Source: Candidatus Daviesbacteria bacterium RIFCSPHIGHO2_12_FULL_37_16 | Lineage (GTDB): Bacteria; Patescibacteriota; Microgenomatia; Daviesbacterales; UBA10151 | DNA length: 64,000 nucleotides | Assembly: GCA_001776785.1 (NCBI GenBank) | Contig: MFDF01000008.1 | Coordinates: forward strand, 103,097 to 167,096 | Reading direction: 5' to 3' | Shown here: positions 1 to 8,237 of the stretch, piece after piece | Layout: each line of letters starts with the position of its first letter | How positions within the stretch are numbered: the first letter of the stretch is position 1 | Translations under genes and position numbers: made by a program | The notes under the pieces: model-generated | What the model saw: the letters and a program-made list of their open reading frames with translations, nothing else | Told to the model about the DNA's origin: nothing | Databases searched by the model: none

Positions 1-342
1 AACTCAATTGATTATGAAGTTTCGGAGAAAGCCAGTAACATTGTAGTTATTCCTGGAGATTTTGACTGGTCAGACGTAGGGGACTGGAAAGTGGTTTATG
101 ATTTAAAAGAAAAAGACTCAAATGGAAATGTGGTGGTTGAAAAGGGCACAGATTTTGTTAATATAGGCTCAAGTAACTCACTAATTGAGGCAAATGGTAA
201 ACTAATTGCCCTGGTTGGATTAGAAGATGTAATTATTGTAGACACAAATGATGCATTATTAATAGTAGCAAAGGATAAAACCCAGGATGTTAAAAAAGTT
301 GTGGAAAAGCTAAAGGAAGAAAAAAAAGATAAATACCTGTAA
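1..342 (+). CDS. mannose-1-phosphate guanylyltransferase / mannose-6-phosphate isomerase family, C-terminal fragment (5' end lies outside the window)
   Basis: Frame 1 is open from base 1 and reads NSIDYEVSEKASNIVVIPGDFDWSDVGDWKVVYDL..., which matches the conserved C-terminal WSDVGxW region of GDP-mannose pyrophosphorylases. The ORF track lists only the internal Met at 91. Stop at 340-342. Confidence 0.55.
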   Translation, partial: NSIDYEVSEKASNIVVIPGDFDWSDVGDWKVVYDLKEKDSNGNVVVEKGTDFVNIGSSNSLIEANGKLIALVGLEDVIIVDTNDALLIVAKDKTQDVKKVVEKLKEEKKDKYL

Positions 343-1290
343 ATGGAAAGAATTGTCAGGTTTGATGACCCAATATTGAAAGCCCCTAGCCCTACAAGCT
401 TTCCTACTTATTATCCGCGTCATGTTACGGTTTCTGACTCGTTAATGGAAGCAACAGAACGCTTTAGAGGAGGAAATACCCAATTTCTGTTTGTTTATGG
501 TTCGTCACTATATAAAGAGGGGCAAACTAGTGGAATGCTTGATTTAGGAGTCTTTATAGATAATAGCCGGCAATTCCATGAAGAAAATTTGGCAAATAAT
601 TCTCCAGATTATGGTTTTCCCCATTGGTTGATGTTTCATGAACTTTATAACAAAAGAGGTCCTAGTTTTTATCATACAAGTTTAAATTTAGGTGGTGAAG
701 TTAAACCCGCAAAATATTTTTCTATCCAATTTAACCAAGCATTAGATGAATTGAATAGTTGGAAGATTTACCTTTCTGGAAGATTTCATAAACCCATGAT
801 CGTTCCACTGGTTGAGCCTTTTGATCCAAAAAAGAAAGAACAACTTGACCGGGGAATAAACCAATCTAGGATTAATGCAGCAATTTTAGCATTGGCTCTT
901 ATGGAGGAAGAATTTACATTTAGAGATTTTGCAGAAACGGAGGCTCAAATAAGCTATCTTGGAGACAAAAGAGGTAAGTATGAAAAAGACAATAAACATG
1001 TAATTATAGTAGAAGAATGTTGGAGTGAATTTAACGATATGTTGCCCCCTGTAATGGAAGTTTTAGAAGGAGCTGGGATGATTGAAGAAACAGGAAATGG
1101 AAGGTTTGCCAAAAAAGTTTCACTTTGTAGACAAGAAGTAGAGAATTTTCTAGAAAGAAGTAATAAATATGCCAAAATAATGAATATTAGCAACGCACTG
1201 ACCGTTGGTTTAGGAAGATCATTAAACTATATTAAAAGTAAAGAAAAAAGGGCAGAGACTTCAAAAATTCCAGAATCAAAAATAGCTTAG
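343..1290 (+). CDS. Tam41/Mmp37-family nucleotidyltransferase-like protein (putative phosphatidate cytidylyltransferase-like)
   Basis: FLFVYGSSLYKEGQ...DLGVFIDN...FHEENLANNSPDYG...YLSGRFHKPMIVPL resembles, from my memory of the yeast Tam41 sequence, FVFGYGSGVFEQ...IDIILGV...NMRQNPQHY...YLAGRLQKPVKIL. Start codon abuts the preceding stop. Confidence 0.4.
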   Translation: MERIVRFDDPILKAPSPTSFPTYYPRHVTVSDSLMEATERFRGGNTQFLFVYGSSLYKEGQTSGMLDLGVFIDNSRQFHEENLANNSPDYGFPHWLMFHELYNKRGPSFYHTSLNLGGEVKPAKYFSIQFNQALDELNSWKIYLSGRFHKPMIVPLVEPFDPKKKEQLDRGINQSRINAAILALALMEEEFTFRDFAETEAQISYLGDKRGKYEKDNKHVIIVEECWSEFNDMLPPVMEVLEGAGMIEETGNGRFAKKVSLCRQEVENFLERSNKYAKIMNISNALTVGLGRSLNYIKSKEKRAETSKIPESKIA

Positions 1291-2027
1291 GGTTTTTTTG
1301 CAGCAGCAGGGCTGGCTGTTTGTTTATCTGACTCACCTGTCCCTGGTGAAACAAAGTATATAAACCTTGACCTTATTGCTCCATCATCTCCTTCTACACC
1401 CTTTGACACTATTGCAGCATCTTTTTTAGCATCTGTTAAGCTTGCTTCCTCACTTCCTTTAAAAAACTTAGTTATACCAGAAGTAATTAAATCTAAAAAC
1501 TTATCTTCAGGTGTTTGTATATGAACAGTATAACTCTCTCTTGATGTTACAGCTCCCCAAACTACTTTAGCAGAATCAGTTGCAACACTATCAAGTTTAA
1601 TTAATTTTTTAGCTACCAAAACTTTTTTATCATCAATATCCCCAAGCCCTGCAATATAATCACCTTCTGCAATATTTTTAATGCTTAGCTTGGTTTTTGG
1701 TTTAACTTTAGTTTTAGATTCAAAATTTGTGTATTCATTTGTAGAAATATTTTTAATACCCCCTATTGTCTGAAGCTTAATCTGACTACCTTCATTTAAT
1801 AAAACTGTCCCCACATAAGCTTTATTTTCTAATTTTTTATTAACCTCTAGTTTAATCTGGGCTGCTTTTGAAGCAATTTCTTTTTTTAAATCCTCAAGTT
1901 TTGAAGATAAACTAGATGATTCAGTTGCTGTTTGGGTGGCAGTTTTATCCTGGGCAAAAACTGGAACAATGAACAATGAACAATTAACAATTAACAATGA
2001 AACAACAATTGCCTTGATGATTCGCAT
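1287..2027 (-). CDS. secreted hypothetical protein (signal peptide MRIIKAIVVSLLIVNCSLFIVPVFAQ)
   Basis: Long ORF with a hydrophobic N-terminus followed by AQ, Lys-rich mature part. Translationally coupled (4-nt overlap at 2027) with the upstream minus-strand gene. Confidence 0.5.
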   Translation of the reverse strand: MRIIKAIVVSLLIVNCSLFIVPVFAQDKTATQTATESSSLSSKLEDLKKEIASKAAQIKLEVNKKLENKAYVGTVLLNEGSQIKLQTIGGIKNISTNEYTNFESKTKVKPKTKLSIKNIAEGDYIAGLGDIDDKKVLVAKKLIKLDSVATDSAKVVWGAVTSRESYTVHIQTPEDKFLDLITSGITKFFKGSEEASLTDAKKDAAIVSKGVEGDDGAIRSRFIYFVSPGTGESDKQTASPAAAKKP

Positions 2028-2608
2028 TATATTTTCTCCTCAGAGTAATAAACTACCTTTTCTACAGTTTTACTCCCGCCCCTGGAATCTAAAGCTGTAA
2101 TCGTAAAGGTATTAGCCCCTGATGTTAATGTAACTATTTTAGAAAAATCCCCCTTTTTATTACTTTCAAACCCTAAATCAGCCCCATTTATAGTTACTAT
2201 AAGCACTGCACCAGGCATAGTTTTTCCTGAAATAACTAAATTTTTATCAAAAACTAAAGAGTCATCATCAGGGTTATTGACCTCCAGAGTTAAACTTTTT
2301 GGTGCCTGGGTTAATGGAGCCATATTTTTCCAGTCATCTGACGCATCTCCATAGAGGTAATAATAAAGACCAACAATAGCCAGGAGTGAAATTAAAAGTA
2401 AGAAAAAGTGGGATAAAATAAAAGTTTTTGTTGAAATCTCTTTGTCGATTAAAGATTGTTTGTATTTATCGGAAAACTCAGAATGACTCAGTTTACCAGA
2501 AGTATCAGTTTTTTCAGATAAATCAGATTTCTGATTTTCTGGATCACTGGCTTTCTGTTTATCTGAGTTCTCAGAGTGTTCTGAAATTTTTTTCATAGGC
2601 AGAGGCAT
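2027..2608 (-). CDS. membrane-anchored protein with disordered Ser/Lys-rich N-terminus and C-terminal Ig-like (Big-type) domain
   Basis: TM helix FILSHFFLLLISLLAIVGLYYYL, then TLEVNNPDD...ISGKT...TFTITALDSRGGSKTVEKVVY, a beta-sandwich pattern. Confidence 0.45.
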   Translation of the reverse strand: MPLPMKKISEHSENSDKQKASDPENQKSDLSEKTDTSGKLSHSEFSDKYKQSLIDKEISTKTFILSHFFLLLISLLAIVGLYYYLYGDASDDWKNMAPLTQAPKSLTLEVNNPDDDSLVFDKNLVISGKTMPGAVLIVTINGADLGFESNKKGDFSKIVTLTSGANTFTITALDSRGGSKTVEKVVYYSEEKI

Positions 2609-2660
2609 TCTTTTGCTCTAGTAGTATATGTTAAAAAGATCTTGTTTGTAAATTCTGATT

Positions 2661-3326
2661 TTGCTAAGATTCCACAAGATGGATATTATTTGGTTTGGTC
2701 AAGCCATGTTTAAACTTAAAGGAAAACAGACTCAGGCTATTATTGACCCTTTTTATTCTGAATTTACAGGCCTTAAACTTCCAAAGCCATCAGAACTTAT
2801 TGCAGATTTAGCCTTAAAAACCCATGACCATGAAGATCACTCTAACTTAAAAGCTATTGAGGGTAATTCTGTTAAAATTGAAGGGCCTGGAGAATATGAA
2901 GTAAAAGGAGTCGCAGTCACAGGGGTATCTGTTTTCCATGACAGCAAAAATGGTGAGGAAAGAGGCAGGAATACAGTTTATAACATAGAAATAGATGGAG
3001 TCTCAGTGCTTCATTTGGGTGATTTAGGCCACACTTTAACCCAGGAGCAATTAGAAGAAATTGGCCCGGTGGATATAGTCTTAATCCCTGTAGGTGGAAC
3101 TTACACCATTGATGCACCTGTAGCAGCTCAGGTTGTCTCACAGCTTGAACCAAAAATTGTTATTCCAATGCACTTTAAAATTGATGGGTTAAAATTTCCT
3201 CTGGACGGGGTGGACTTATTCCTAAAAGAAATGGGGGTTGGCAGCATTGAACCTCAAAATAAATTCTCAATTACAAAAGACAAACTGCCTGATGAAACAC
3301 AGGTAATTGTTTTAAACAAAGTTTAA
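2661..3326 (+). CDS. MBL-fold metallo-hydrolase
   Basis: H-x-H-x-D-H zinc motif (THDHEDHSN), a downstream HLGD and a further His in PMHFK, typical of the beta-lactamase fold. Confidence 0.7.
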   Translation: MLRFHKMDIIWFGQAMFKLKGKQTQAIIDPFYSEFTGLKLPKPSELIADLALKTHDHEDHSNLKAIEGNSVKIEGPGEYEVKGVAVTGVSVFHDSKNGEERGRNTVYNIEIDGVSVLHLGDLGHTLTQEQLEEIGPVDIVLIPVGGTYTIDAPVAAQVVSQLEPKIVIPMHFKIDGLKFPLDGVDLFLKEMGVGSIEPQNKFSITKDKLPDETQVIVLNKV

Positions 3327-3361
3327 AAAATTTAAAATTTTAAATTGAAAATTCCTAAATC

Positions 3362-4786
3362 ATGGCAACCCAATCAACTATCAGATCAATCAAAAAACCA
3401 CAACCTATTAGCATGGGGACTACCATTAAGCTTCCTCCTCAAAATATAGAAGCAGAACAATCCCTTCTGGGTGCCCTTTTAATAGACAAAGATGCAGTGG
3501 TAGAGGTTGCAGAAATTTTAAAACCTCATCATTTTTATAAAACTGAGCAGCACGGCAACATCTTTAATGCTGTAGTTGAACTGTTTGAAAAAAGAGAACC
3601 AATTGATTTAGTCACTGTCACAGAGAAATTAAAACAAAATGGGGTTTTAGACAGAGTAGGGGGAAGTGCCTATTTAGCAGAGCTTGTTAATATGGTCCCA
3701 ACCTCAGCTCATGTCCTTTCCTATGCCAGAATTATTGCAGAACATGCTTTAAGAAGAACCCTAATTTCCTCATCAACTAAATTTGTAGAGATGGCATATG
3801 ATGAAAGATCAGCCATTAATGAAATTATTGAAGAGTGTGAACAGTCTATATTTGCTCTCTCCCAGGCCCACACAAAAAGGGATTTTATCCAGCTTAAAGA
3901 TGCCCTGGCCCAGTCTTTTGACAGGTTAGATGAGATTCAAAAATCTGCAGGAAAACTAAGGGGCATTCCAACAGGCTTTAAAGATTTAGATAATAAATTA
4001 GCAGGGCTCCAGGACTCTAACTTAATAATTTTTGCAGCCCGCCCTGGTATGGGAAAAACTTCATTTGCCCTAAATATAGCCCAGCATGTTGCAGTTAATG
4101 CAGGAGTTCCAGTTGGGATTTTTTCTTTGGAGATGTCTCAGGAAGAGCTTGTGGACAGGCTTTTAGTAGCCCAGGCAGATATAGATGCCTGGAAATTAAA
4201 AACAGGCAGATTAGATGATAAAGATTTTGACAGGCTCTCCCATGCCATGGGACAGTTAGCAGAAGCACCATTATTTATAGATGACACCCCAGGTGCATCC
4301 CTCTCAGAGATTAGGACCAAAGCCAGAAGGCTTCAGGCAGAGCATGGATTAAAATTAATTGTAGTGGATTATCTCCAGCTAATCAGAGGCAGGAATTTGG
4401 AAAACAGGGTCCAGGAAGTTTCAGAAATATCCCAGGGCTTAAAAAATCTGGCCAGGGAATTAAAGGTCCCTGTTTTTGCCCTCTCCCAACTTAATAGGTC
4501 TGTAGAAAATAGGGGAGGCACAAAAAAGCCCCAGCTTGCAGATCTAAGGGAATCTGGTGCAATTGAACAGGATGCAGATGTGGTTATGTTTATCTATAGG
4601 GAAGACCCTGATCAAATGGAGCAGGTGACTCTGGCCATTGAAAAACACCGAAATGGTCCCACAGGTGAGATCCCACTAATCTTTCGGGCTGACAGGGTCA
4701 AGTTTTATGGCATGGAAAAAACCAGAAAACCAGCAACTCCCAAAGAAGAGTCTGCAGCAAAAACCCCTGCCGCCGCAGCAGCATAA
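3362..4786 (+). CDS. dnaB: replicative DNA helicase DnaB
   Basis: N-terminal EAEQSLLGALLID, Walker A GMGKTSFALNIA, RecA-like C-terminal domain, 474 aa. Confidence 0.9.
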   Translation: MATQSTIRSIKKPQPISMGTTIKLPPQNIEAEQSLLGALLIDKDAVVEVAEILKPHHFYKTEQHGNIFNAVVELFEKREPIDLVTVTEKLKQNGVLDRVGGSAYLAELVNMVPTSAHVLSYARIIAEHALRRTLISSSTKFVEMAYDERSAINEIIEECEQSIFALSQAHTKRDFIQLKDALAQSFDRLDEIQKSAGKLRGIPTGFKDLDNKLAGLQDSNLIIFAARPGMGKTSFALNIAQHVAVNAGVPVGIFSLEMSQEELVDRLLVAQADIDAWKLKTGRLDDKDFDRLSHAMGQLAEAPLFIDDTPGASLSEIRTKARRLQAEHGLKLIVVDYLQLIRGRNLENRVQEVSEISQGLKNLARELKVPVFALSQLNRSVENRGGTKKPQLADLRESGAIEQDADVVMFIYREDPDQMEQVTLAIEKHRNGPTGEIPLIFRADRVKFYGMEKTRKPATPKEESAAKTPAAAAA

Positions 4787-4829
4787 ATTCATCTTTTAAT
4801 TTTTACCTTCATAAAATATACTTGAGTCT

Positions 4830-5768
4830 ATGGATATTCTTTCAATTTTTCTTGTAGTTGGAGGACTTGTTTTATTTGAAACAGTCTCTTCAATTGATAA
4901 TGCAGTTATCAATGCAGAAGTCCTCTCTACCATGTCCCAGCGGGCCAGAAGATGGTTTTTAATATGGGGGATGCTTATTGCAGTATTTGTAGTCAGAGGA
5001 GTTCTGCCTTTTTTGATAGTTTTTCTAACAGTTCCAGAGCTTGGCCCCATTGGTGCAATTACTGCTACATTTTCTTCAGACCCAAAGGTAGTGGAAGCCA
5101 TTAATAAATCTGCCCCAATGCTTTTAGTTGGAGGTGGGACATTTCTGTTATTTTTATTCTTTCACTGGCTTTTTTTGGAAGAAAAAAATTTAGGTTTAAA
5201 AGGAGAAAAGTTTTTCTTTAAACAAGGAGTTTGGTTCTATGCAGTAGTTTCAGTTCTTTTATCAATTATTGTCTGGTTTGCACTAAAAGATAATCCGCTG
5301 ATAGCTTTTGGGGCAGTTATTGGTTCCACAGCTTTTTTTATAACCCATGGTTTTAAAGAAAATGCAAAAGAGGCAGAAGAAAAATTGTTGTCAGGAAATT
5401 CTGCCCAATCTGATTTATCTAAAATATTTTACCTTGAAGTAATAGATGCAACCTTTTCTATAGATGGAGTTTTGGGAGCATTTGCTTTTACTTTTTCAAT
5501 CCCATTAATTTTACTAGGAAATGGTTTGGGGGCAGTAGTTGTCAGGCAATTGACTATTGGAAATATAGAAAGGATTAAAAGATATGTTTTTTTAAAAAAT
5601 GGTGCAATGTATTCAATCCTGGCTTTGGGAACAATTATGGTCTTGGAGGGTTTCCACTGGCACATCCCGGAGTGGCTCTCGCCAATTGTGACTGTTATTA
5701 TTATTGCTTACTTCTTTTTAAAATCCCAAAAAACAGATTTAAATAATGTTGTTACAATTGGAGAGTAG
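4830..5768 (+). CDS. DUF475-family integral membrane protein
   Basis: Multiple TM helices. N-terminal LVLFETVSSIDNAVINAEVL is characteristic of the DUF475 family. Confidence 0.45.
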   Translation: MDILSIFLVVGGLVLFETVSSIDNAVINAEVLSTMSQRARRWFLIWGMLIAVFVVRGVLPFLIVFLTVPELGPIGAITATFSSDPKVVEAINKSAPMLLVGGGTFLLFLFFHWLFLEEKNLGLKGEKFFFKQGVWFYAVVSVLLSIIVWFALKDNPLIAFGAVIGSTAFFITHGFKENAKEAEEKLLSGNSAQSDLSKIFYLEVIDATFSIDGVLGAFAFTFSIPLILLGNGLGAVVVRQLTIGNIERIKRYVFLKNGAMYSILALGTIMVLEGFHWHIPEWLSPIVTVIIIAYFFLKSQKTDLNNVVTIGE

Positions 5769-6318
5769 AATAAACCTCTTTTATCTTTTTTTTAAATTTA
5801 TCCAAGCTCCCATTATTCTCTAATTTGATATCTGCCCTTGCCCCAATTTTAGGAATTAAAAGCTCATTTTTAGCTTTTTCTTCTTTTAAAAATTGTTTAA
5901 AACTCATTGACCCTTCACCCACCTTTGAATTCCTTTTTTTTAATCTGTCAAATCTTTTTTTAACATCAGCAGTTATATAAATAAGTAAATTATTTGGAAA
6001 TTGCCTAACTAAAGTTACATCAGATTTCCACCTGACTCCGTCTAAAATCACTAAATCTGCATTAAGCTTTTTTGCCCTTTCAAAAGTTGCATAAGAGAGT
6101 GCATCTTTATTAAAAAATTTGACAAATAAAACTGCCAGATCCTGAAGGTTTTTTCTGGTTTGGGGAATATTCCAAAGTTCCAAAGTTTCCTTTAAAATAT
6201 CTGAAAAATGAATCCTAACTATCATTTCATCTTTAGCAATTTCCATTAAAAAGTTCCCAAATGTCTCCTTACCTGAACCCTTTTCACCCACCAGCCCAAT
6301 CACGAGTTTATTTTTCAC
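5752..6318 (-). CDS. P-loop nucleotide kinase, phage-T4-dNMP-kinase-like
   Basis: N-terminal LVIGLVGEKGSGKETFGNFL Walker A directly after a beta strand, similar to T4 gp1 dNMP kinase (LIFLSGVKRSGKDT). About 188 aa. Confidence 0.5.
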   Translation of the reverse strand: MKNKLVIGLVGEKGSGKETFGNFLMEIAKDEMIVRIHFSDILKETLELWNIPQTRKNLQDLAVLFVKFFNKDALSYATFERAKKLNADLVILDGVRWKSDVTLVRQFPNNLLIYITADVKKRFDRLKKRNSKVGEGSMSFKQFLKEEKAKNELLIPKIGARADIKLENNGSLDKFKKKIKEVYSTLQL

Positions 6319-6941
6319 TGTCCAGTTTTTGTAACAAAAGGATAGGGGTAAGTCAATTGACCGGTTTTCTTAAGCCAGTACAATATCTCATGAGCCCTGT
6401 GGCGCAGTTCTCTTTCTTTCGTACCATTATTTATGACAATTGAGTCAGCATATTTCTCCAAAGTAGCTGTAAACCTTTCGTTGCCTTCCATGTCCTGTAT
6501 CTGAAACATTTTCCTGGAAATATTTCTTTCATCAGCTCGCTGTACTCCAGCCCTCGCCCTCTGAAATCTGACATCAAACTGTGCACTCATATAGACAAAA
6601 AAATTATTATCAAATTCTCTTAACATCCTGACTGTTTTTAGAAATCTAAGTCCATCTACTACAACAATATCAGCCCCAGATACCCTTGCTCTGTTGAAAG
6701 TAAATCTTTCTAGAGCATCATCGTCATAAGTCCTTTGTAACTCTCCATAGAGCAAGAGATTATTATCCTGAGTAGAGGGAATGCCCCTTTTTGCATGGAT
6801 TTTATCCAGGATTTCTGAGAATCTAATTACCTGGACAGAATAGGGGAAGGCAACATCTGTTAAAAGCTTGGCAAAAGTACTCTTACCGCTCCCTCTTTCA
6901 CCGGATATACCTATAATAAGTTTTCCCTCTGGTGAATTCAT
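6315..6941 (-). CDS. P-loop nucleotide kinase, paralog of 5752..6318 (dNMP-kinase-like)
   Basis: LIIGISGERGSGKSTFAKLL. The ORF track starts at a TTG at 7028; the first ATG (MNSPEGKLIIG...) is at 6941, so I use that. Tandem with and paralogous to the downstream kinase. Confidence 0.5.
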   Translation of the reverse strand: MNSPEGKLIIGISGERGSGKSTFAKLLTDVAFPYSVQVIRFSEILDKIHAKRGIPSTQDNNLLLYGELQRTYDDDALERFTFNRARVSGADIVVVDGLRFLKTVRMLREFDNNFFVYMSAQFDVRFQRARAGVQRADERNISRKMFQIQDMEGNERFTATLEKYADSIVINNGTKERELRHRAHEILYWLKKTGQLTYPYPFVTKTGQ

Positions 6942-7028
6942 ACCCCATAGTTTAACAGAATAGACAAATAAAGGCAATAATTTTCTTATTTTCGTGAAGA
7001 AAGCATTAGATAGAAGTAGGGGAGTCAA

Positions 7029-7334
7029 TTAAGAAATTTTTTCAGAAGAAGGAAAGACAGTAATCCCAATTTGGGAAAACACCATGGATAAAGTTCTTTT
7101 AAGGTTGTCAGTTAGTGGCAGACTTGCTATATGTACCCCGTTTGAGATTCCTAAAAATTCAACCCCAAAAACTCCTAAATCCACAATTGTTTTAGGGTTC
7201 ACTTCCTTGCTGTAGTCAACATAGTAGCGTTTTCTAGGTAAACTTAAATAAGCACAATCAATATCATCATGAATATCTAACATAACTCCACGCTTTATAC
7301 CTATTCCAGATTCAATTCCCTGAATTCTCTCCAT
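7029..7334 (-). CDS. hypothetical protein
   Basis: 101-aa ORF between the tRNA and the kinase pair, with no recognisable motif. Confidence 0.3.
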   Translation of the reverse strand: MERIQGIESGIGIKRGVMLDIHDDIDCAYLSLPRKRYYVDYSKEVNPKTIVDLGVFGVEFLGISNGVHIASLPLTDNLKRTLSMVFSQIGITVFPSSEKIS

Positions 7335-7379
7335 AAAACTTTATACACCTTTTAATTTATTTAGTAAAGCTGATTCTAG

Positions 7380-7462
7380 TGCCGAAGGTGGGAGTCGAAC
7401 CCACACAGCCTTGCGGCTAGTAGTTTTTGAGACTACCGCGTATACCATTCCGCCACTTCGGC
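7380..7462 (-). tRNA. tRNA-Leu (anticodon CAA), class II with long variable arm
   Basis: The minus-strand sequence GCCGAAGTGGCGGAATGGTATACGCGGTAGTCTCAAAAACTACTAGCCGCAAGGCTGTGTGGGTTCGACTCCCACCTTCGGCA shows an anticodon stem GTAGT/ACTAC with loop CUCAAAA, a T-arm GGGTTCGACTCCC and a 7-bp acceptor stem. CCA is not encoded. Confidence 0.85.
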
Positions 7463-7622
7463 AAATAAGCCTGTAAATTATATCAATTAATGAACTTGAC
7501 CTCAAATAACTGTCTTGACCTGTATTGAACAATATAGATAAGTATATTAGATTATAAATTAAAAATATAACAAATATTTGTAGGTACGCAAAATTGTTAT
7601 AATTTACAATCTTGTAAATTAA

Positions 7623-8162
7623 TTGATGGAAAACAAAAAAGAGGTGGCTAAAAATATTCTAATGGCTTTAGGAATACTGGGTATTATACCTATGGTTATG
7701 TTAGCTCCTGGTCTTGCTAAAATATTGCCACTACTTCAAAAGATTGACACAGCAAGGATTAATCAAGAACTAAAAAGGCTCCATAAGCGGGGTTTGGTAG
7801 AAATAATAAAACACAAAAATGGGATAACTTCAATTAAGCTCACAAAAAAAGGCAAAGAGAAGCTCAAAAGATATGAAATTGACAACTTAAAGACAGAAAA
7901 ACCTACTAAATGGGACAAAAAATGGAGGATTATTATTTTTGATATTTCAATAAAAAAGAATTTTGCTAGAGATTTATTAAGAAGAAGAATGAAAAAACTT
8001 GGATTTTATAAACTGCAAAGTAGCGTGTTCGTCCATCCATACCCATGTTATGAAATAGTAATCTTTATAAGGGAGTACTTTGATGTTAATGATGAAGTAA
8101 AGTATATTGAAGCAGAAAAAATTGAAAACGATGATAAACTGATAGAATATTTCTTCACCTAA
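7623..8162 (+). CDS. PaaX-like protein: N-terminal TM segment plus winged-helix, C-terminal VapD/Cas2-like fold domain
   Basis: KRLHKRGLVEI...ITSIKLTKKG looks like a wHTH. KWRIIIFDISIKKNFARDLLRRRMKKLGFYKLQSSVFVH has a Cas2/PaaX_C-like pattern. No cas genes are nearby. Confidence 0.4.
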   Translation: MMENKKEVAKNILMALGILGIIPMVMLAPGLAKILPLLQKIDTARINQELKRLHKRGLVEIIKHKNGITSIKLTKKGKEKLKRYEIDNLKTEKPTKWDKKWRIIIFDISIKKNFARDLLRRRMKKLGFYKLQSSVFVHPYPCYEIVIFIREYFDVNDEVKYIEAEKIENDDKLIEYFFT

Positions 8163-8237
8163 CAAAAATCCGTACGTACGCATATAAGTTATATTAAATC
8201 CTTGCATATAATCGGTTTGAACAATAAAATACATCCG

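Noticed and set aside
7341-7532. 63-aa ORF overlapping the tRNA-Leu gene
   Set aside because: It overlaps a well-formed tRNA and is spurious.
7623-8162. Cas2-like domain as evidence for a CRISPR-Cas locus
   Set aside because: There is no repeat-spacer array, cas1 or other cas gene anywhere in the window. The domain is better explained as the PaaX C-terminal (Cas2-like fold) domain.
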